64,000 bases of DNA from assembly GCA_035623855.1 (NCBI GenBank), contig DASPSQ010000009.1:26413-90412 (forward strand), given 5' to 3'. Shown in pieces: positions 20,212 through 32,009 of this stretch (its first letter is position 1; each line of letters starts with the position of its first letter). Below the pieces are notes generated by a model. The model was not told where the DNA came from. It did no database searches and saw only the letters and a program-made list of their open reading frames with translations. The stretch comes from Thermoplasmata archaeon (GTDB taxonomy: Archaea > Thermoplasmatota > Thermoplasmata > Lutacidiplasmatales > UBA184). A program made the position numbers and the translations under genes.

Positions 20212-20639
20212 GCGAGGAGCTCGACCGGAGGACGGAGATGCTGCCCGGGAACCCACGGAACGCCCGCCAGATGGAACTGATGATGCGCCGCCTCGGGATG
20301 AAGACCGAGGAGGTCCCGGACGTCGAGGAGGTCATCGTCCGGACCCGGACGAACGAGCACGTCTTCCGCGCGCCGGAGGTGACGATCTTGACCGTTCAAG
20401 GAGTCCGAACCTACCAGGTCGTCGGCGCCCCCGAGATTCGCCCGAAGGGAGCGGCCCCACCGGCCGTGGCAACGGCCGCCGCCACGTCGGCTCCGTCGGG
20501 ACCCCCCGAGGAGGACGTCCGTCTCGTGATGGAGCAGGCGAACGTGTCGCGGGAGGAGGCCATCGAGGCGCTGTTCCAGGCGCGTGGGGCTCCCGCCGAG
20601 GCGATCCTCCTCATCCTTTCTCGCGGTCGCTCCGCATGA
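20208..20639 (+). CDS. nac: Nascent polypeptide-associated complex protein (NAC-alpha, NAC + UBA domains)
   Basis: 143 aa. The NAC domain (EVPDVEEVIVRTRTNEHVFRAPEVTILTVQG) and C-terminal UBA (EEDVRLVMEQANVSREEAIEALFQARG) are the archaeal NAC-alpha signature. Stop overlaps the next start (ATGA). Confidence 0.75.
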   Translation: MSEELDRRTEMLPGNPRNARQMELMMRRLGMKTEEVPDVEEVIVRTRTNEHVFRAPEVTILTVQGVRTYQVVGAPEIRPKGAAPPAVATAAATSAPSGPPEEDVRLVMEQANVSREEAIEALFQARGAPAEAILLILSRGRSA

Positions 20640-21079
20640 TCGTCGCGGGCGAGATCGCCCAGGAGTGCGTCGAGGCGTACCTCTTTGCGTCGCCCCCGCT
20701 CGAGATCTTGATCTTCCGTCGTCCGCCCCCGCGGGGCGGGATCTGGGTCCCGGTCAGCGGCAAGGTGGAGCCTTCGGACGCGGATTTCGAGGCCGCCGTC
20801 CGACGGGAGCTCGTGGAGGAGACGGGGCTCTCGATGCCGCGACGGGTCCTCCCCATGGACTGGCACGTTCCGTTCCCGATGGAGAATGGAGAGACGTGGA
20901 GGCTCCACGCGTATGCCGTCGAGTGCGAGCGCCGCTTTGTCCCGGCCCTGAGCGGGGAGCACGACCGAGCCGAGTGGGTCTCGCCCGAGGAAGCCCGGCG
21001 CCGTCTTCACTATGAGGATAACCGTGCCGCCGTGGACCGGTTGGTCTCGCTCCTCGGATCGTCGACCCGAAACGATTAG
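20635..21079 (+). CDS. NUDIX hydrolase
   Basis: Nudix box G-x5-E-x7-REVxEETG is present as SGKVEPSDADFEAAVRRELVEETG. Confidence 0.7.
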
Positions 21080-21106
21080 TCCCCAGGGGCTGCTCGGGGA
21101 ACCCTC

Positions 21107-22156
21107 ATGGCCCCTCCATCGACCGAACCCCCCCAGAGCGCCCCGACGCCGGGGGCCCCGGCGTTCGTCTTCCCGTCGATTGGCCCGCAGTTGATTGCGG
21201 CCCTTCGAGAGGCTCGGCCGCACCGGATCATTCTCCAGGTGCCCGCGGGACTCGTTCGGAACGCCCACGAGCTCTCGTCCCGGCTGCGCGAGGAAGTGGG
21301 GGTGCCCGTGGCGCTCTCCGCCCGGCCGTGCTTCGGCGCATGCGATTTTCCGTCCCGCGATGAGGCCCCTCGAGAGGACGTCGCGGTCGTGCTCGGTCAC
21401 GCCCCGATCCCGAATGTGCCGCTCGTTCGAACGACGTTCTTCGTGGAGATGCGCGAGGCCGGAGGGGATCCCGAAGCGATCGTCGCGACCATCGAGGCGG
21501 GAGAGGTGCCGAAGCGGCTGGGCCTCGTGGTCTCGGTCCAGCATCTCGACCTTCTCGAGCCACTCAAGGAGGCGCTCGTGCGCCGCGGGTACGACCCTCG
21601 CATCGGACGGGGCGACCATCGATTGGCGTACGCGGCCCAGGCCCTCGGATGCAACTACACGAGCGCGGAGGCGGTCGAAGCCGAAGTGGACGCGTTCCTC
21701 TTCGTCGGCACCGGCCGTTTCCACCCCCTCGGTCTCGCGCTCGCCGTGGCGCGGCCGGTCTGGTCGATCGACCCTCTTCAGAACCTCCTCGAGCCCGCGA
21801 TCGATCGGGCCTCCCTCGTGCGTCGACGCCAGCTCCTCGTCGCTTCGGTCCGGGATGCGCGCCGCTGGGGGATCCTCGCCTCGACCTTTGCCGGTCAGTC
21901 TCGGATGCCGATGGCCAGTACCCTCCAGGAAAGGGCACGCGCACGGGGCCGGGAGGCGGAGATCCTCGTCTTCGACCGGCTCGACTCCCGGGACCTCGAG
22001 GGCCGAGCCTTCGACGCCTACGTCAACACCGCGTGTCCCCGGATCGCGCTCGACGACAGCCCGAACTATCCGAAGCCGGTGCTCACACCGCCCGAGTTCC
22101 TCATGGCCGTCGGCGATCTGCCGCTCCAGCCCTACCGGTTCGACACCTACCATTGA
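21107..22156 (+). CDS. dph2: 2-(3-amino-3-carboxypropyl)histidine synthase (diphthamide synthesis Dph2)
   Basis: 349 aa. Three-domain Dph2 layout with the conserved Cys-containing motifs (GACDF, LGCNYTSAEA...FLFVGTGRFHPLGLA, ACPRIALDD) that bind the 4Fe-4S cluster. Dph2 is restricted to archaea and eukaryotes. Confidence 0.8.
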   Translation: MAPPSTEPPQSAPTPGAPAFVFPSIGPQLIAALREARPHRIILQVPAGLVRNAHELSSRLREEVGVPVALSARPCFGACDFPSRDEAPREDVAVVLGHAPIPNVPLVRTTFFVEMREAGGDPEAIVATIEAGEVPKRLGLVVSVQHLDLLEPLKEALVRRGYDPRIGRGDHRLAYAAQALGCNYTSAEAVEAEVDAFLFVGTGRFHPLGLALAVARPVWSIDPLQNLLEPAIDRASLVRRRQLLVASVRDARRWGILASTFAGQSRMPMASTLQERARARGREAEILVFDRLDSRDLEGRAFDAYVNTACPRIALDDSPNYPKPVLTPPEFLMAVGDLPLQPYRFDTYH

Positions 22157-22238
22157 ACCGGGCCGCCGGTCCCCCGTCCGGTCCCGGAGGTCCGGCGGAC
22201 CCAAATGACGAAGTGACCCTTCCGAGGTACCGTTCGGC

Positions 22239-22646
22239 ATGCGTGCCGGGGGGTACGTCGCACTCGCAGCGATCGTTGCTGGAGCTGCGCTCATCGTGGA
22301 TGCGGTGGCCGAAGGCCGCGCCCTCGTCTCGCTGGTCGTGTTCATCCCGGTCGTCTCGGGGAGTTCGGCGGAGTTCCTTCTCGGGGTCGTACTTCTGGCG
22401 GGCGGGCTCGTTTCGCTTCCCTGGAGCCTTGCAGGGCCCCCGACGTCGGTCGTTCCACCACCGCCGGAGAGGATCGCGACGGATGCAGGGGCGGCGAGCG
22501 GGGGTGTCGTCCTCATTGGTCCCGTCCCGATTCTCTTCGGGAGTTGGCGGAACCTCTCCGCGCGCGCTCGCTGGATCCTCGCTCTGGTCGGTGCGGGTCT
22601 CCTCGTGCTCTTCGTACTCGGCTGGCTGTGGCTCGTCGTGCGCTAA
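22239..22646 (+). CDS. Small hydrophobic membrane protein (hypothetical)
   Basis: 135 aa with three or four predicted TM helices and no recognisable family. Confidence 0.35.
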   Translation: MRAGGYVALAAIVAGAALIVDAVAEGRALVSLVVFIPVVSGSSAEFLLGVVLLAGGLVSLPWSLAGPPTSVVPPPPERIATDAGAASGGVVLIGPVPILFGSWRNLSARARWILALVGAGLLVLFVLGWLWLVVR

Positions 22647-23236
22647 CGGGACCGAGAGTGTGCTTCGAGAAATTTCCGATGGAGTCGGGGGTCCGTTCCG
22701 AGCTCCGGATGGAAGGTCAGCCCCCAGATCGCCCCTTGCGCCACTCCCACGACCTCGTCGCCCCGCCAGGCGATCGGGCGCGCTCCGGGTCCCACTCCAA
22801 GAATCCTGGGCGCCCGGATGAAGACTCCGGGAAACGGTCCGCCTTTGAGCCCCTGAACGGTCACCGGGCCCTCGAACGACTCCCGTTGGGCCCCGTAGTC
22901 GTTCCGCCGGAGCTTGACGTCGACGACGCCGAACGTCGGAGGGTCCCGCCCGGTCCCGCTCGGTACGACTTCTCGAGCGAGAAGAATCAACCCGGCGCAG
23001 GTCGCGAGTACGGGGAAGCCGGCATGCAACTGTTCGGCGAGCGGGCGCCAGAGCCCGGCCTCCTCGAGGAGGCGGGCGATCGTCGTGGATTCCCCACCGG
23101 GAAGAAAAAGCGAGTCGACTTTTCGAAGATCGTCCGCCGTTCGTACGGGAACGAGCCGGGTGTTGGGTACAACTTTGGCGAGCGCCTGTAAGTGCTCCGG
23201 AACGTCTCCCTGGAGCGCGAGGACACCGACCTTCAT
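22643..23236 (-). CDS. pdxT: Pyridoxal 5'-phosphate synthase glutaminase subunit
   Basis: MKVGVLALQGDV, the LATCAG catalytic Cys, and a C-terminal HPE motif. Confidence 0.85.
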   Translation of the reverse strand: MKVGVLALQGDVPEHLQALAKVVPNTRLVPVRTADDLRKVDSLFLPGGESTTIARLLEEAGLWRPLAEQLHAGFPVLATCAGLILLAREVVPSGTGRDPPTFGVVDVKLRRNDYGAQRESFEGPVTVQGLKGGPFPGVFIRAPRILGVGPGARPIAWRGDEVVGVAQGAIWGLTFHPELGTDPRLHRKFLEAHSRSR

Positions 23237-24537
23237 CCGCTACCGCGCCGGATCTCCTCGAGGATGGCCTTCGCCCGGTCGAGCCGGATCTGGCGCTCGC
23301 TCACGAGGCGTTCGGCCACCCGGTCGATCTCGTCCGGGCGAGCTCCCGCGCTCGCCGCAAAGTTGCGAGCGTGCAGCTCCATGTGGCCCCGCTGGATCCC
23401 TTCGGTCGCGAGCGCCCGAAGCGCCGCGAAGTTCTGCGCGAGCCCCACGGCGGCGAGGACCTCCCCCAGCTCGCGCGCACTCTTGACCCCCAAGACCTTC
23501 ACGTTCGTCTTGGCCGTCGGGTGAACGGCCGTCGCTCCCCCGATCAGGCCGACCGCGACGGGGAGCTCGATAGAACCGACGAGGTTCCCATCCCGGTCCT
23601 TCTCGTAGGTCGTGAGGGGACGCACCACGCGGCCCGTTCCCGCTGCCAGCCACGCAGCGTACGTGTGGGCGCCGCTCTCAATCGCGCGGAAGTCGTTGCC
23701 CGTCGCGAGGACCACGCTCGAGACGCCGTTCATGATCCCCTTGTTGTGCGTCGCGCAGCGGAACGGGTCGGCGACCGCGAGCGCATAGGCGTCCAGGATC
23801 GCATCGACGACTTCGGGCCCGGACGCGTTCTCGGTCCGCAGGAGGTCCGCGCGGAACGTCGCGCGGGCCCGGGCGAGTCGATGGACCGCGAGGTTCGAGA
23901 TGATGCGCAGCACGACCTTTCCCCCGGTGAGCCGGGCGATCTCGGGGGCAAGCGCCTCGCACATCGTATTGACCGCGTTCATCCCTCCGGCGTCCCGAGC
24001 GTCCACGAGCAGGTGGACGACGAGCATCGTCCCGCGGGGAGATTCGACGATCCGCACCTCGAGGTCTCGCGCGCCGCCCCCGAACTTGACGAGCATCGGG
24101 TCCTTGTCGTTCGCGGACACGAGGAGCTCGGATCTTCGGTCCAGGATGCGCAGGCGGGCGGCGGCGGGGTCGGAGACGTTGAGCACCTGCACCTGGCCGA
24201 TCATCACGGGTTCCGTGGTCTGAGCCCAGAACCCGTCGGACGCCCGGGCGACCTTGGCCGCGTTCGATGCGGCCGCAACGACGCTCGGCTCCTCGATCGC
24301 CATCGGGATGAGATACTCCTTGCCGTTGATTCGGAAGTTCGTCGCAATTCCGAGCGGGATCGCCATCGTCCCGACCACGTTCTCGATCATCCGCTCGACG
24401 GTTCCCGGCTCGACTCCGGGAGGGAAGTCGTACGCACGGAGCTCCTCGTCGGTCAGTCCGGCCCACTCCTTGAGGAACGCTCGGCGATCCGCCAGGCTCC
24501 GGCGGTAGAATCCCGGCACTTCCGAGGACCGCGTCAT
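23233..24537 (-). CDS. hmgA: Hydroxymethylglutaryl-CoA reductase
   Basis: EPSVVAAAS, DAGGMN and the GTMAIPLG region match the HMGR catalytic domain. Start set at MTRSSEV (434 aa); its stop overlaps pdxT's start. Confidence 0.8.
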   Translation of the reverse strand: MTRSSEVPGFYRRSLADRRAFLKEWAGLTDEELRAYDFPPGVEPGTVERMIENVVGTMAIPLGIATNFRINGKEYLIPMAIEEPSVVAAASNAAKVARASDGFWAQTTEPVMIGQVQVLNVSDPAAARLRILDRRSELLVSANDKDPMLVKFGGGARDLEVRIVESPRGTMLVVHLLVDARDAGGMNAVNTMCEALAPEIARLTGGKVVLRIISNLAVHRLARARATFRADLLRTENASGPEVVDAILDAYALAVADPFRCATHNKGIMNGVSSVVLATGNDFRAIESGAHTYAAWLAAGTGRVVRPLTTYEKDRDGNLVGSIELPVAVGLIGGATAVHPTAKTNVKVLGVKSARELGEVLAAVGLAQNFAALRALATEGIQRGHMELHARNFAASAGARPDEIDRVAERLVSERQIRLDRAKAILEEIRRGSG

Positions 24538-24541
24538 CGAG

Positions 24542-25120
24542 CTAGGACTCCTCGGAGCTCCGCTCGGGAGCGACCGATGGGCTGGCCGTCGACGGACCGG
24601 ATCGATCTCGCGCGACCACCACCTTCGCGGGCCGTAGAAGGCCCCCATAGAATCGATATCCTTGTTGGACGACCTCGGCGATCGTCCCGGCCGGGTGGTC
24701 GGACGACGCCGCCGTCTCGCCCACCGCTTCGGCATCTTCGGCGCGGAATGGCTGACCGACCGCGGCGACGGGTTCCACCCCTTCGTGTTTCAGGAACGTC
24801 ATCCACTCGCGGTCCAGGATTTCGAGGCCTTTGCGGACCGGGTCGGAGGGAGGAAGGTGATCGAGCGCCTCCTCGGCGGTCTGGAACCCTTCGAGGATCG
24901 GCAGCAACTCCCGCAGCATGCCGGCGCGGACCTGGCGGGTCATCGTCTGTCGTTCCCGTTCCGTCCGGCGCCGGTAGTTCTCGAAGTCGGCGAAGAGGTA
25001 CTTGAACCGGGTGGCCCAGTCCTCGGCCGTGGCAGTCACCGGGGCGGCCGGGGTCGGCTCCTCCTGATTTGTGGAAGGTTCATCGGCCTTCCCGGAAGGC
25101 TCGGGTTCTCCGTCGGTCAT
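24542..25120 (-). CDS. grpE: Nucleotide exchange factor GrpE
   Basis: FKYLFADFENYRRRTERE... GrpE signature. Start taken at MTDGEPEP; its stop is 4 nt from the hmgA start. Confidence 0.8.
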   Translation of the reverse strand: MTDGEPEPSGKADEPSTNQEEPTPAAPVTATAEDWATRFKYLFADFENYRRRTERERQTMTRQVRAGMLRELLPILEGFQTAEEALDHLPPSDPVRKGLEILDREWMTFLKHEGVEPVAAVGQPFRAEDAEAVGETAASSDHPAGTIAEVVQQGYRFYGGLLRPAKVVVARDRSGPSTASPSVAPERSSEES

Positions 25121-25315
25121 TGGGTTGTGTTCGCGGAGTGCGGCGCCCGGTATTTGTGGTTGCCGCACGGGGCGTTTTTCTGGACAGATCGTCGGCCGAA
25201 GGGGGTCAACGCGGGGAGGTCCCGCGGGGTCGTTTGGACCTCCGAACACTGCTCGATTTTCCAGCCCAAGCCAAGCGTTATAATGCGTCCCCCGCTCGCT
25301 ATTCTACGCCGATAG

Positions 25316-27247
<1,932 letters not shown>

Positions 27248-27314
27248 TTCGACCCCAACCGCGGTCCGCGGGGGCCCACGCGAGGCTTTTACGCCGGACC
27301 GGCTGGTCCGCCCG

Positions 27315-28625
27315 ATGCCTCCCCGGTCCGGTCCGATCGTGGTCTCGGACGCACTCCTGGTGACCCAGGACGCGGGTCGACGCGTCCTACGAGGGGACCT
27401 TCGAATCGAGGAGGGTCGGTTTACCCATGTGGGCCCCCGGGCGCCCCGGGAAGGCGCCGAGGTCCTCGAGGGTCGCCCGTTCGCCGCGGTCCCCGGATTC
27501 ATCAACGCGCACACCCACGTCGCCATGGCTCCCCTGCGGGGGATTGCGGACGATCGGGAGCTCTCGGGCTTTTTGGAGACGCTCTTCGCGGTCGACGCGC
27601 GTCGGAGCGAGCGGGATGTGGAGGCCGGAGCACGCGCTGGGATCGCCGAGATGCTGCTCTCGGGTACGACGTCGTTCCTCGACCTCTACTACTTCGAGGA
27701 CTCCATCGCGAGGGCGGTGGAGTCCCTCGGGATCCGGGGGTTCCTCGGGTGGGCCGTCCTCGACCCGGAGCTGACCACTCAGAAGGGCCGGCCCATCGAC
27801 AATGCCCGGGGGTTCATCGAACGTTGGAAGGGGAACGCGCGCATCTCGCCGCTGGTCGCGCCGCAAGGAGTGTACGTCTGCAATTCGGAGACGTGGATCG
27901 CCGCGAAGGAGCTTGCCCAGTCGACCGGTACTCTCTGCCACTTCCACCTGTCCGAGACCCGGCGGGAGGTCCACGAGCACCAGGCGAAGACGGGCGATCG
28001 CCCGGTCGTCTGGCTCGACAAGATCGGATTCTTCGGCTCGAGGTCGGTGGCGGCCCACGCGGTCTGGCTGACCGGGCAGGAGATCGACCTTCTCGCCCGC
28101 CATCATGTCGGCATCGCGCACTGTCCGAGCTCCAACCTGAAGCTGGCCTCGGGGGGTGTCGCCCCGGTCGTCGAGCTCCGCAGCGCGGGGGCGGTGGTCG
28201 GGCTCGGCACCGACTCGGTCGCGAGCAATAATTCGCTGTCGATGCTGAGGGAGATGCACATTGCGGGCCTCGTCCAGAAGAATCAGCGGTGGGACGCCTC
28301 GGTCCTTTCCGCGCAGGAGCTCCTGGACCTCGCGACGGTGGGCGGGGCCCAGATCCTCGGCCGGAGCGACCTCGGTACGCTCGAGGTCGGTCAGCGTGCG
28401 GACTTCTCCCTCGTTCGCCTGGACCACCCGACGCTGGTGCCCGCACGGCCCGAGGCGATCGTCTCGCATCTCGCCTATTCCGCCTCGGAGGAGGCGATCG
28501 ACTCGGTCTTTGTCGATGGCGTGCCGGTGGTGCGCGAGCGCGCGCTGGTCCGTGCCGACTGGAGTGCGATTCGTTCGGAGGCGGAAGCCGCGGCCGATGC
28601 TCTCTGGTCGGCGCGACCCTCGTGA
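27315..28625 (+). CDS. Amidohydrolase (MtaD/5'-deoxyadenosine or chlorohydrolase/guanine deaminase family)
   Basis: FINAHTHVAMAPLRG (HxH metal site), then the HLSE and AHAVWL motifs of metal-dependent hydrolase subgroup III. Confidence 0.75.
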   Translation: MPPRSGPIVVSDALLVTQDAGRRVLRGDLRIEEGRFTHVGPRAPREGAEVLEGRPFAAVPGFINAHTHVAMAPLRGIADDRELSGFLETLFAVDARRSERDVEAGARAGIAEMLLSGTTSFLDLYYFEDSIARAVESLGIRGFLGWAVLDPELTTQKGRPIDNARGFIERWKGNARISPLVAPQGVYVCNSETWIAAKELAQSTGTLCHFHLSETRREVHEHQAKTGDRPVVWLDKIGFFGSRSVAAHAVWLTGQEIDLLARHHVGIAHCPSSNLKLASGGVAPVVELRSAGAVVGLGTDSVASNNSLSMLREMHIAGLVQKNQRWDASVLSAQELLDLATVGGAQILGRSDLGTLEVGQRADFSLVRLDHPTLVPARPEAIVSHLAYSASEEAIDSVFVDGVPVVRERALVRADWSAIRSEAEAAADALWSARPS

Positions 28626-28629
28626 GGGA

Positions 28630-29337
28630 CTAGGACCGTCCGGTCTCGTTCCACTCTTCGACGAGCGCCTGCGCGAGCCGTTCGGCGAGGACCTCCGAGG
28701 GTTCGCGGAGACCCAGTTCCTCAAGGGATGTCAGCCGATCGAGCCCGGGCCGAACCGGGAGCCCAAAGAGACGCTCGAGGGTGCGCCGGTCCAGCGTCCG
28801 GGCAATCGCACCGTGGTGAAGCAACGCGCGAGCCGTGAGGTGCTGCGCGGCACCGCCGAGGATCTTGCCCCGGGCCTCAAGGACCGAACCCCGGGATCCG
28901 AGTAGACAGTAGTCGGTCGGTAACCCCGGGGGGTCCACCCAATGAGCGGAAATGCCCTCGGACCTCAGATAACGGGCCACCCCCCCTCCAAAACGGTCGT
29001 ACCGTCGGACGTAGTCGTTCCCGAATCGGGGATCGGTGCGGGGAATGACAAGCGTCCACGCGAGATCCCCCGGCGCATGAAGCACGGCCGTTCCACCCGA
29101 AGCCCGCCGGACGATGGTACACCCCTCGGTCCGCGCACGGTCCAGGTACTCGGCCGACATGGGGACCGCGGCCCCGACGGAGAGCGCGCGATCGCCCAGC
29201 GTGGCCACGCGGATCGCGGGGAACCCCTCCCGGAGAAGATCCTCATCCGCCTGCACGTCGTTGGCGCAGCCGATCCCCAGTTCGAGCGTGAGGAACGCTC
29301 CCTCGGGGATGGCCGGGAGCGATTCAGGAGCCGACAT
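28630..29337 (-). CDS. Lipoate-protein ligase / octanoyltransferase family protein (BPL_LplA_LipB domain)
   Basis: RRASGGTAVLHAPGDL matches the LplA RRxSGGGAVYHD loop. At 235 aa it is the catalytic domain only. Confidence 0.6.
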   Translation of the reverse strand: MSAPESLPAIPEGAFLTLELGIGCANDVQADEDLLREGFPAIRVATLGDRALSVGAAVPMSAEYLDRARTEGCTIVRRASGGTAVLHAPGDLAWTLVIPRTDPRFGNDYVRRYDRFGGGVARYLRSEGISAHWVDPPGLPTDYCLLGSRGSVLEARGKILGGAAQHLTARALLHHGAIARTLDRRTLERLFGLPVRPGLDRLTSLEELGLREPSEVLAERLAQALVEEWNETGRS

Positions 29338-29411
29338 CGTCGAAGGAATCCGTTGGGGAGTTCATGGGGACCCCCTCGATACGTTATCAAGGTCGCCCGG
29401 GTAGTCACGCC

Positions 29412-29963
29412 ATGGCCGAATTGGAAACGTTTCGTCTGCACCCCGGCGATCCCGCCCCTCCGTTCTCGCTCCCCGGGGTCGACGGAAAAACCTACCGCCT
29501 CGCGGACTACTCGAAGGACCCATTCGTCCTCGTCGTATTCTGGTGCAATCACTGCCCGTACGTCCAAGCGTGGGAGGGCCGGATGATTGACATCGGCCGG
29601 CGGTACCAGCCGCGCGGGGTCCGAGTCGCCCTCATCAATTCGAACGACGCTCGCGCCTACCCGGAGGACAACTTCCAGTCGATGGCACGTCGGGCTCAGG
29701 AGCGGCGGTACCCATTCCCCTACCTTCAGGACGAGTCCCAGGAGGTCGCCCGGGCCTACGGTGCGCTGGTCACTCCCCACCCGATGCTGTTCGATTCGAA
29801 GCGGCGTCTGTTGTTCCAGGGACGCATCGACGACGATCACCAGCACCCCGAGCGGGTGACCGAGCGGTACTTGGAGCATGCGCTCGACCAGGCCCTGGCG
29901 GGTGCACCGGTCCAGCCGTCGGAGCTACCGGTTCTCGGGTGCACGGTCAAGTGGCGCACGTGA
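29412..29963 (+). CDS. Thioredoxin-fold thiol-disulfide oxidoreductase (redoxin family, CxxC)
   Basis: VVFWCNHCPYV active-site CxxC in a thioredoxin-like context. Start at MAELETF. Confidence 0.6.
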   Translation: MAELETFRLHPGDPAPPFSLPGVDGKTYRLADYSKDPFVLVVFWCNHCPYVQAWEGRMIDIGRRYQPRGVRVALINSNDARAYPEDNFQSMARRAQERRYPFPYLQDESQEVARAYGALVTPHPMLFDSKRRLLFQGRIDDDHQHPERVTERYLEHALDQALAGAPVQPSELPVLGCTVKWRT

Positions 29964-30974
29964 ACCCCCTCGCCGGGTCCGGGCACGCGGCCGCGGGGTT
30001 CGGCGCGCCCGCAACGCCTCGCGGCGAAGAGTGAACGAGCGCTCGAGAGAGGGATTCACTGGGGCCCCGGAGCGGTCGAGACGCGCCGCGATCGCCACTT
30101 TGCCGGCCAGCGCCCGGGCGAGTTTGCCGCGCTCGAATCGGCTGGCAGATTGGATGGCAGGGTGGAGGAACAGGAGGCCGTGGCGCGGTGGGGGGCCGTG
30201 CCCTCGGAGGTGCTCAAAGAATGCCCTCTCCGCCCCGAGGACCTGGATCGTGCTCGCGGGCAACCGGGCGAGTCGCTCGAGTCCGCCGGCCTGAGCGAGC
30301 AAGCGCGCCGTCAGCTCCGGTCCGAGCAGACTGACCAGGTTGGGCGTTCCGGAGGGCACGGAGATGCTTACCGCCTTCTCGAGAGCGGAATGGGTCGTCT
30401 CGATCGATCCATAGAGCTCGGCAAGCTTCTTTCGGGCCTCCCGGAGCGATGGGTCGGTCGGACCGAGTCGTCGGGCCTCTGAGGTCTGGAGGGCGGCTTC
30501 GACCACCCGATGGTGGTCCCCTGGGTCGATCTCGGGGAGGTCCCGCGCGACCCAGCTCCCGAGTCGCTCCCCAAGGAGGTTCCGGATCCGATCGAGGTCC
30601 GCCATCGCACGGACGGCTTCCTGGAGGTGAATCGACGGATCCCATGCGGACTGAAGCGACCGGTCGGCGTCGAGCAGGAGCGCCGCACGCAAGGGAGCTC
30701 CCTCGCTCCCTCCGCAGAGCTCATCGCTCGGGCCGGGGGCCCGAGGATCCCATCGCAAACCGTGCACCGCCAGCCTCCGATCCCGAGTGGACCACTCCTC
30801 TCCTCCGCGTTCGTTCAACAACGTCTCTTCCTCGGGGGTCAGTCGACCTTCCCGACGGGCCTGAGCGCGAGCTGCGAGCGCGTCCGGGTCGAGCGGGGCT
30901 CGGACCGACCGAACGACCGAGCGGTCCTCCACGAGGAACGTCCCGTACCACACGGTCACCACGGATCGATCCAT
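29925..30974 (-). CDS. nop5: C/D box sRNP core protein Nop5 (Nop56/58 family)
   Basis: Nop domain NLVSLLGPELTARLLAQAGGLERLARLPASTIQVLGAERAFFEHLRGHGPPPRHGLLFLHP, preceded by a coiled-coil region and followed by a charged tail. No fibrillarin gene is adjacent. Confidence 0.7.
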   Translation of the reverse strand: MDRSVVTVWYGTFLVEDRSVVRSVRAPLDPDALAARAQARREGRLTPEEETLLNERGGEEWSTRDRRLAVHGLRWDPRAPGPSDELCGGSEGAPLRAALLLDADRSLQSAWDPSIHLQEAVRAMADLDRIRNLLGERLGSWVARDLPEIDPGDHHRVVEAALQTSEARRLGPTDPSLREARKKLAELYGSIETTHSALEKAVSISVPSGTPNLVSLLGPELTARLLAQAGGLERLARLPASTIQVLGAERAFFEHLRGHGPPPRHGLLFLHPAIQSASRFERGKLARALAGKVAIAARLDRSGAPVNPSLERSFTLRREALRARRTPRPRARTRRGGSRAPLDRAPENR

Positions 30975-31116
30975 GGCCCCTACTCCAGGGAAGTCAGTCT
31001 CGACGCTCGGGTCGATGACGACCGAACTCCTCTCTTTTTCCTGGCGCACCGATCGAGTCCCACGGTGCGCGGGAGGGTGCGCGAGATAAATAGTCCGGCC
31101 TAGCGTGCTCCGCCTC

Positions 31117-32007
31117 ATGGCCGAACCTCCTCACGGGGAGCCCGTGCGCAGTGAACGCCAGGGGCGCGTGGCTCTCCTGACCCTCGATCATCCGCCGGTG
31201 AACGTCCTCTCCGAACCCGTTCTCAGGGCCTTGGCGAACCGGCTGGTCGAAGTCGAGCACGATCCCGAGGTACGGGTCGTAATCCTCGCGAGCGCGGCGC
31301 AACGAGCGTTCGCGGCCGGCGCCGACATTCATGAGATGGCCCCGATGGGTCCATCGGCCGCGCGGGAGCATGGAGGCCGCGGGCAGGGAGTGACCCGACA
31401 GATCGAACGGTTACCTCTCCCGGTCATCGCAGCGGTTCATGGGGTCTGCCTCGGTGGAGGATGCGAGATCGCGCTTGCCTGCGATTTCGTCGTGGCGAGT
31501 GAGGATGCCACCTTCGGTCAACCCGAAATCAATCTGGGTGTGATGCCCGGATGGGGGGGAAGTCGGCGGCTGCCACGTCGGATCGGGGCGTCGAGAGCCC
31601 GCGATTGGATCCTCACCGGACGCTCCGTTCCGGCGTCGGAAGCGTTCTCGGATGGGCTCATCTATCAGGTGGTGCCCCGAGGAGAACTTCTTCCGGCCTC
31701 GCTTCGTCTGGCCGAAGAGTTGGCCCGCAAGCCTCCGGTCGCGCTCGCGGCGGCGAAGTACGCGATTCTGAACGCGATCGATCCCCAGATCGACACGGGT
31801 CTCGCCTACGAGCTTGACCTGTGGGCCCGGCTGTTCGGTACCCCCGGCCAGAAGGAAGGCATGCGGGCGTTCCTGGAGAAACGGGCGCTCCCCGAGTTCT
31901 CGCGAGCCGACTGGGCCACGGTTTCGGGCGGCTTTCCCTGGGGATCAGCGGAACGTGCGGACCCGGGCGGAAAACGGAAGAAGGCCGGAGCGTCGGGTCG
32001 GGGCTGA
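31117..32007 (+). CDS. Enoyl-CoA hydratase/isomerase (crotonase) family protein
   Basis: VAAVHGVCLGGGCEIALACDF and the C-terminal EGMRAFLEKRALPEF are crotonase hallmarks. About 35 extra residues follow the canonical end; the stop sits 3 nt before tRNA-Thr. Confidence 0.8.
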   Translation: MAEPPHGEPVRSERQGRVALLTLDHPPVNVLSEPVLRALANRLVEVEHDPEVRVVILASAAQRAFAAGADIHEMAPMGPSAAREHGGRGQGVTRQIERLPLPVIAAVHGVCLGGGCEIALACDFVVASEDATFGQPEINLGVMPGWGGSRRLPRRIGASRARDWILTGRSVPASEAFSDGLIYQVVPRGELLPASLRLAEELARKPPVALAAAKYAILNAIDPQIDTGLAYELDLWARLFGTPGQKEGMRAFLEKRALPEFSRADWATVSGGFPWGSAERADPGGKRKKAGASGRG

Positions 32008-32009
32008 GC

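Noticed and set aside
20411-22516. 701-aa ORF on the minus strand spanning the NUDIX and dph2 genes
   Set aside because: Antisense to two well-supported genes. The product is low-complexity and Arg/Gly/Pro-rich, typical of spurious open frames in very GC-rich DNA. Similar long antisense ORFs (16141-17547, 12153-13238, 52002-53345, 59537-61486, 42068-43147, 7508-8728, 15214-16134) were rejected for the same reason.
31890-32007. C-terminal ~35-aa extension of the crotonase running up to 3 nt before tRNA-Thr, considered as a possible fused or disrupted gene end caused by integration
   Set aside because: The extension is in frame with no stop and could be genuine. There is no second ORF fragment to support a disruption model.
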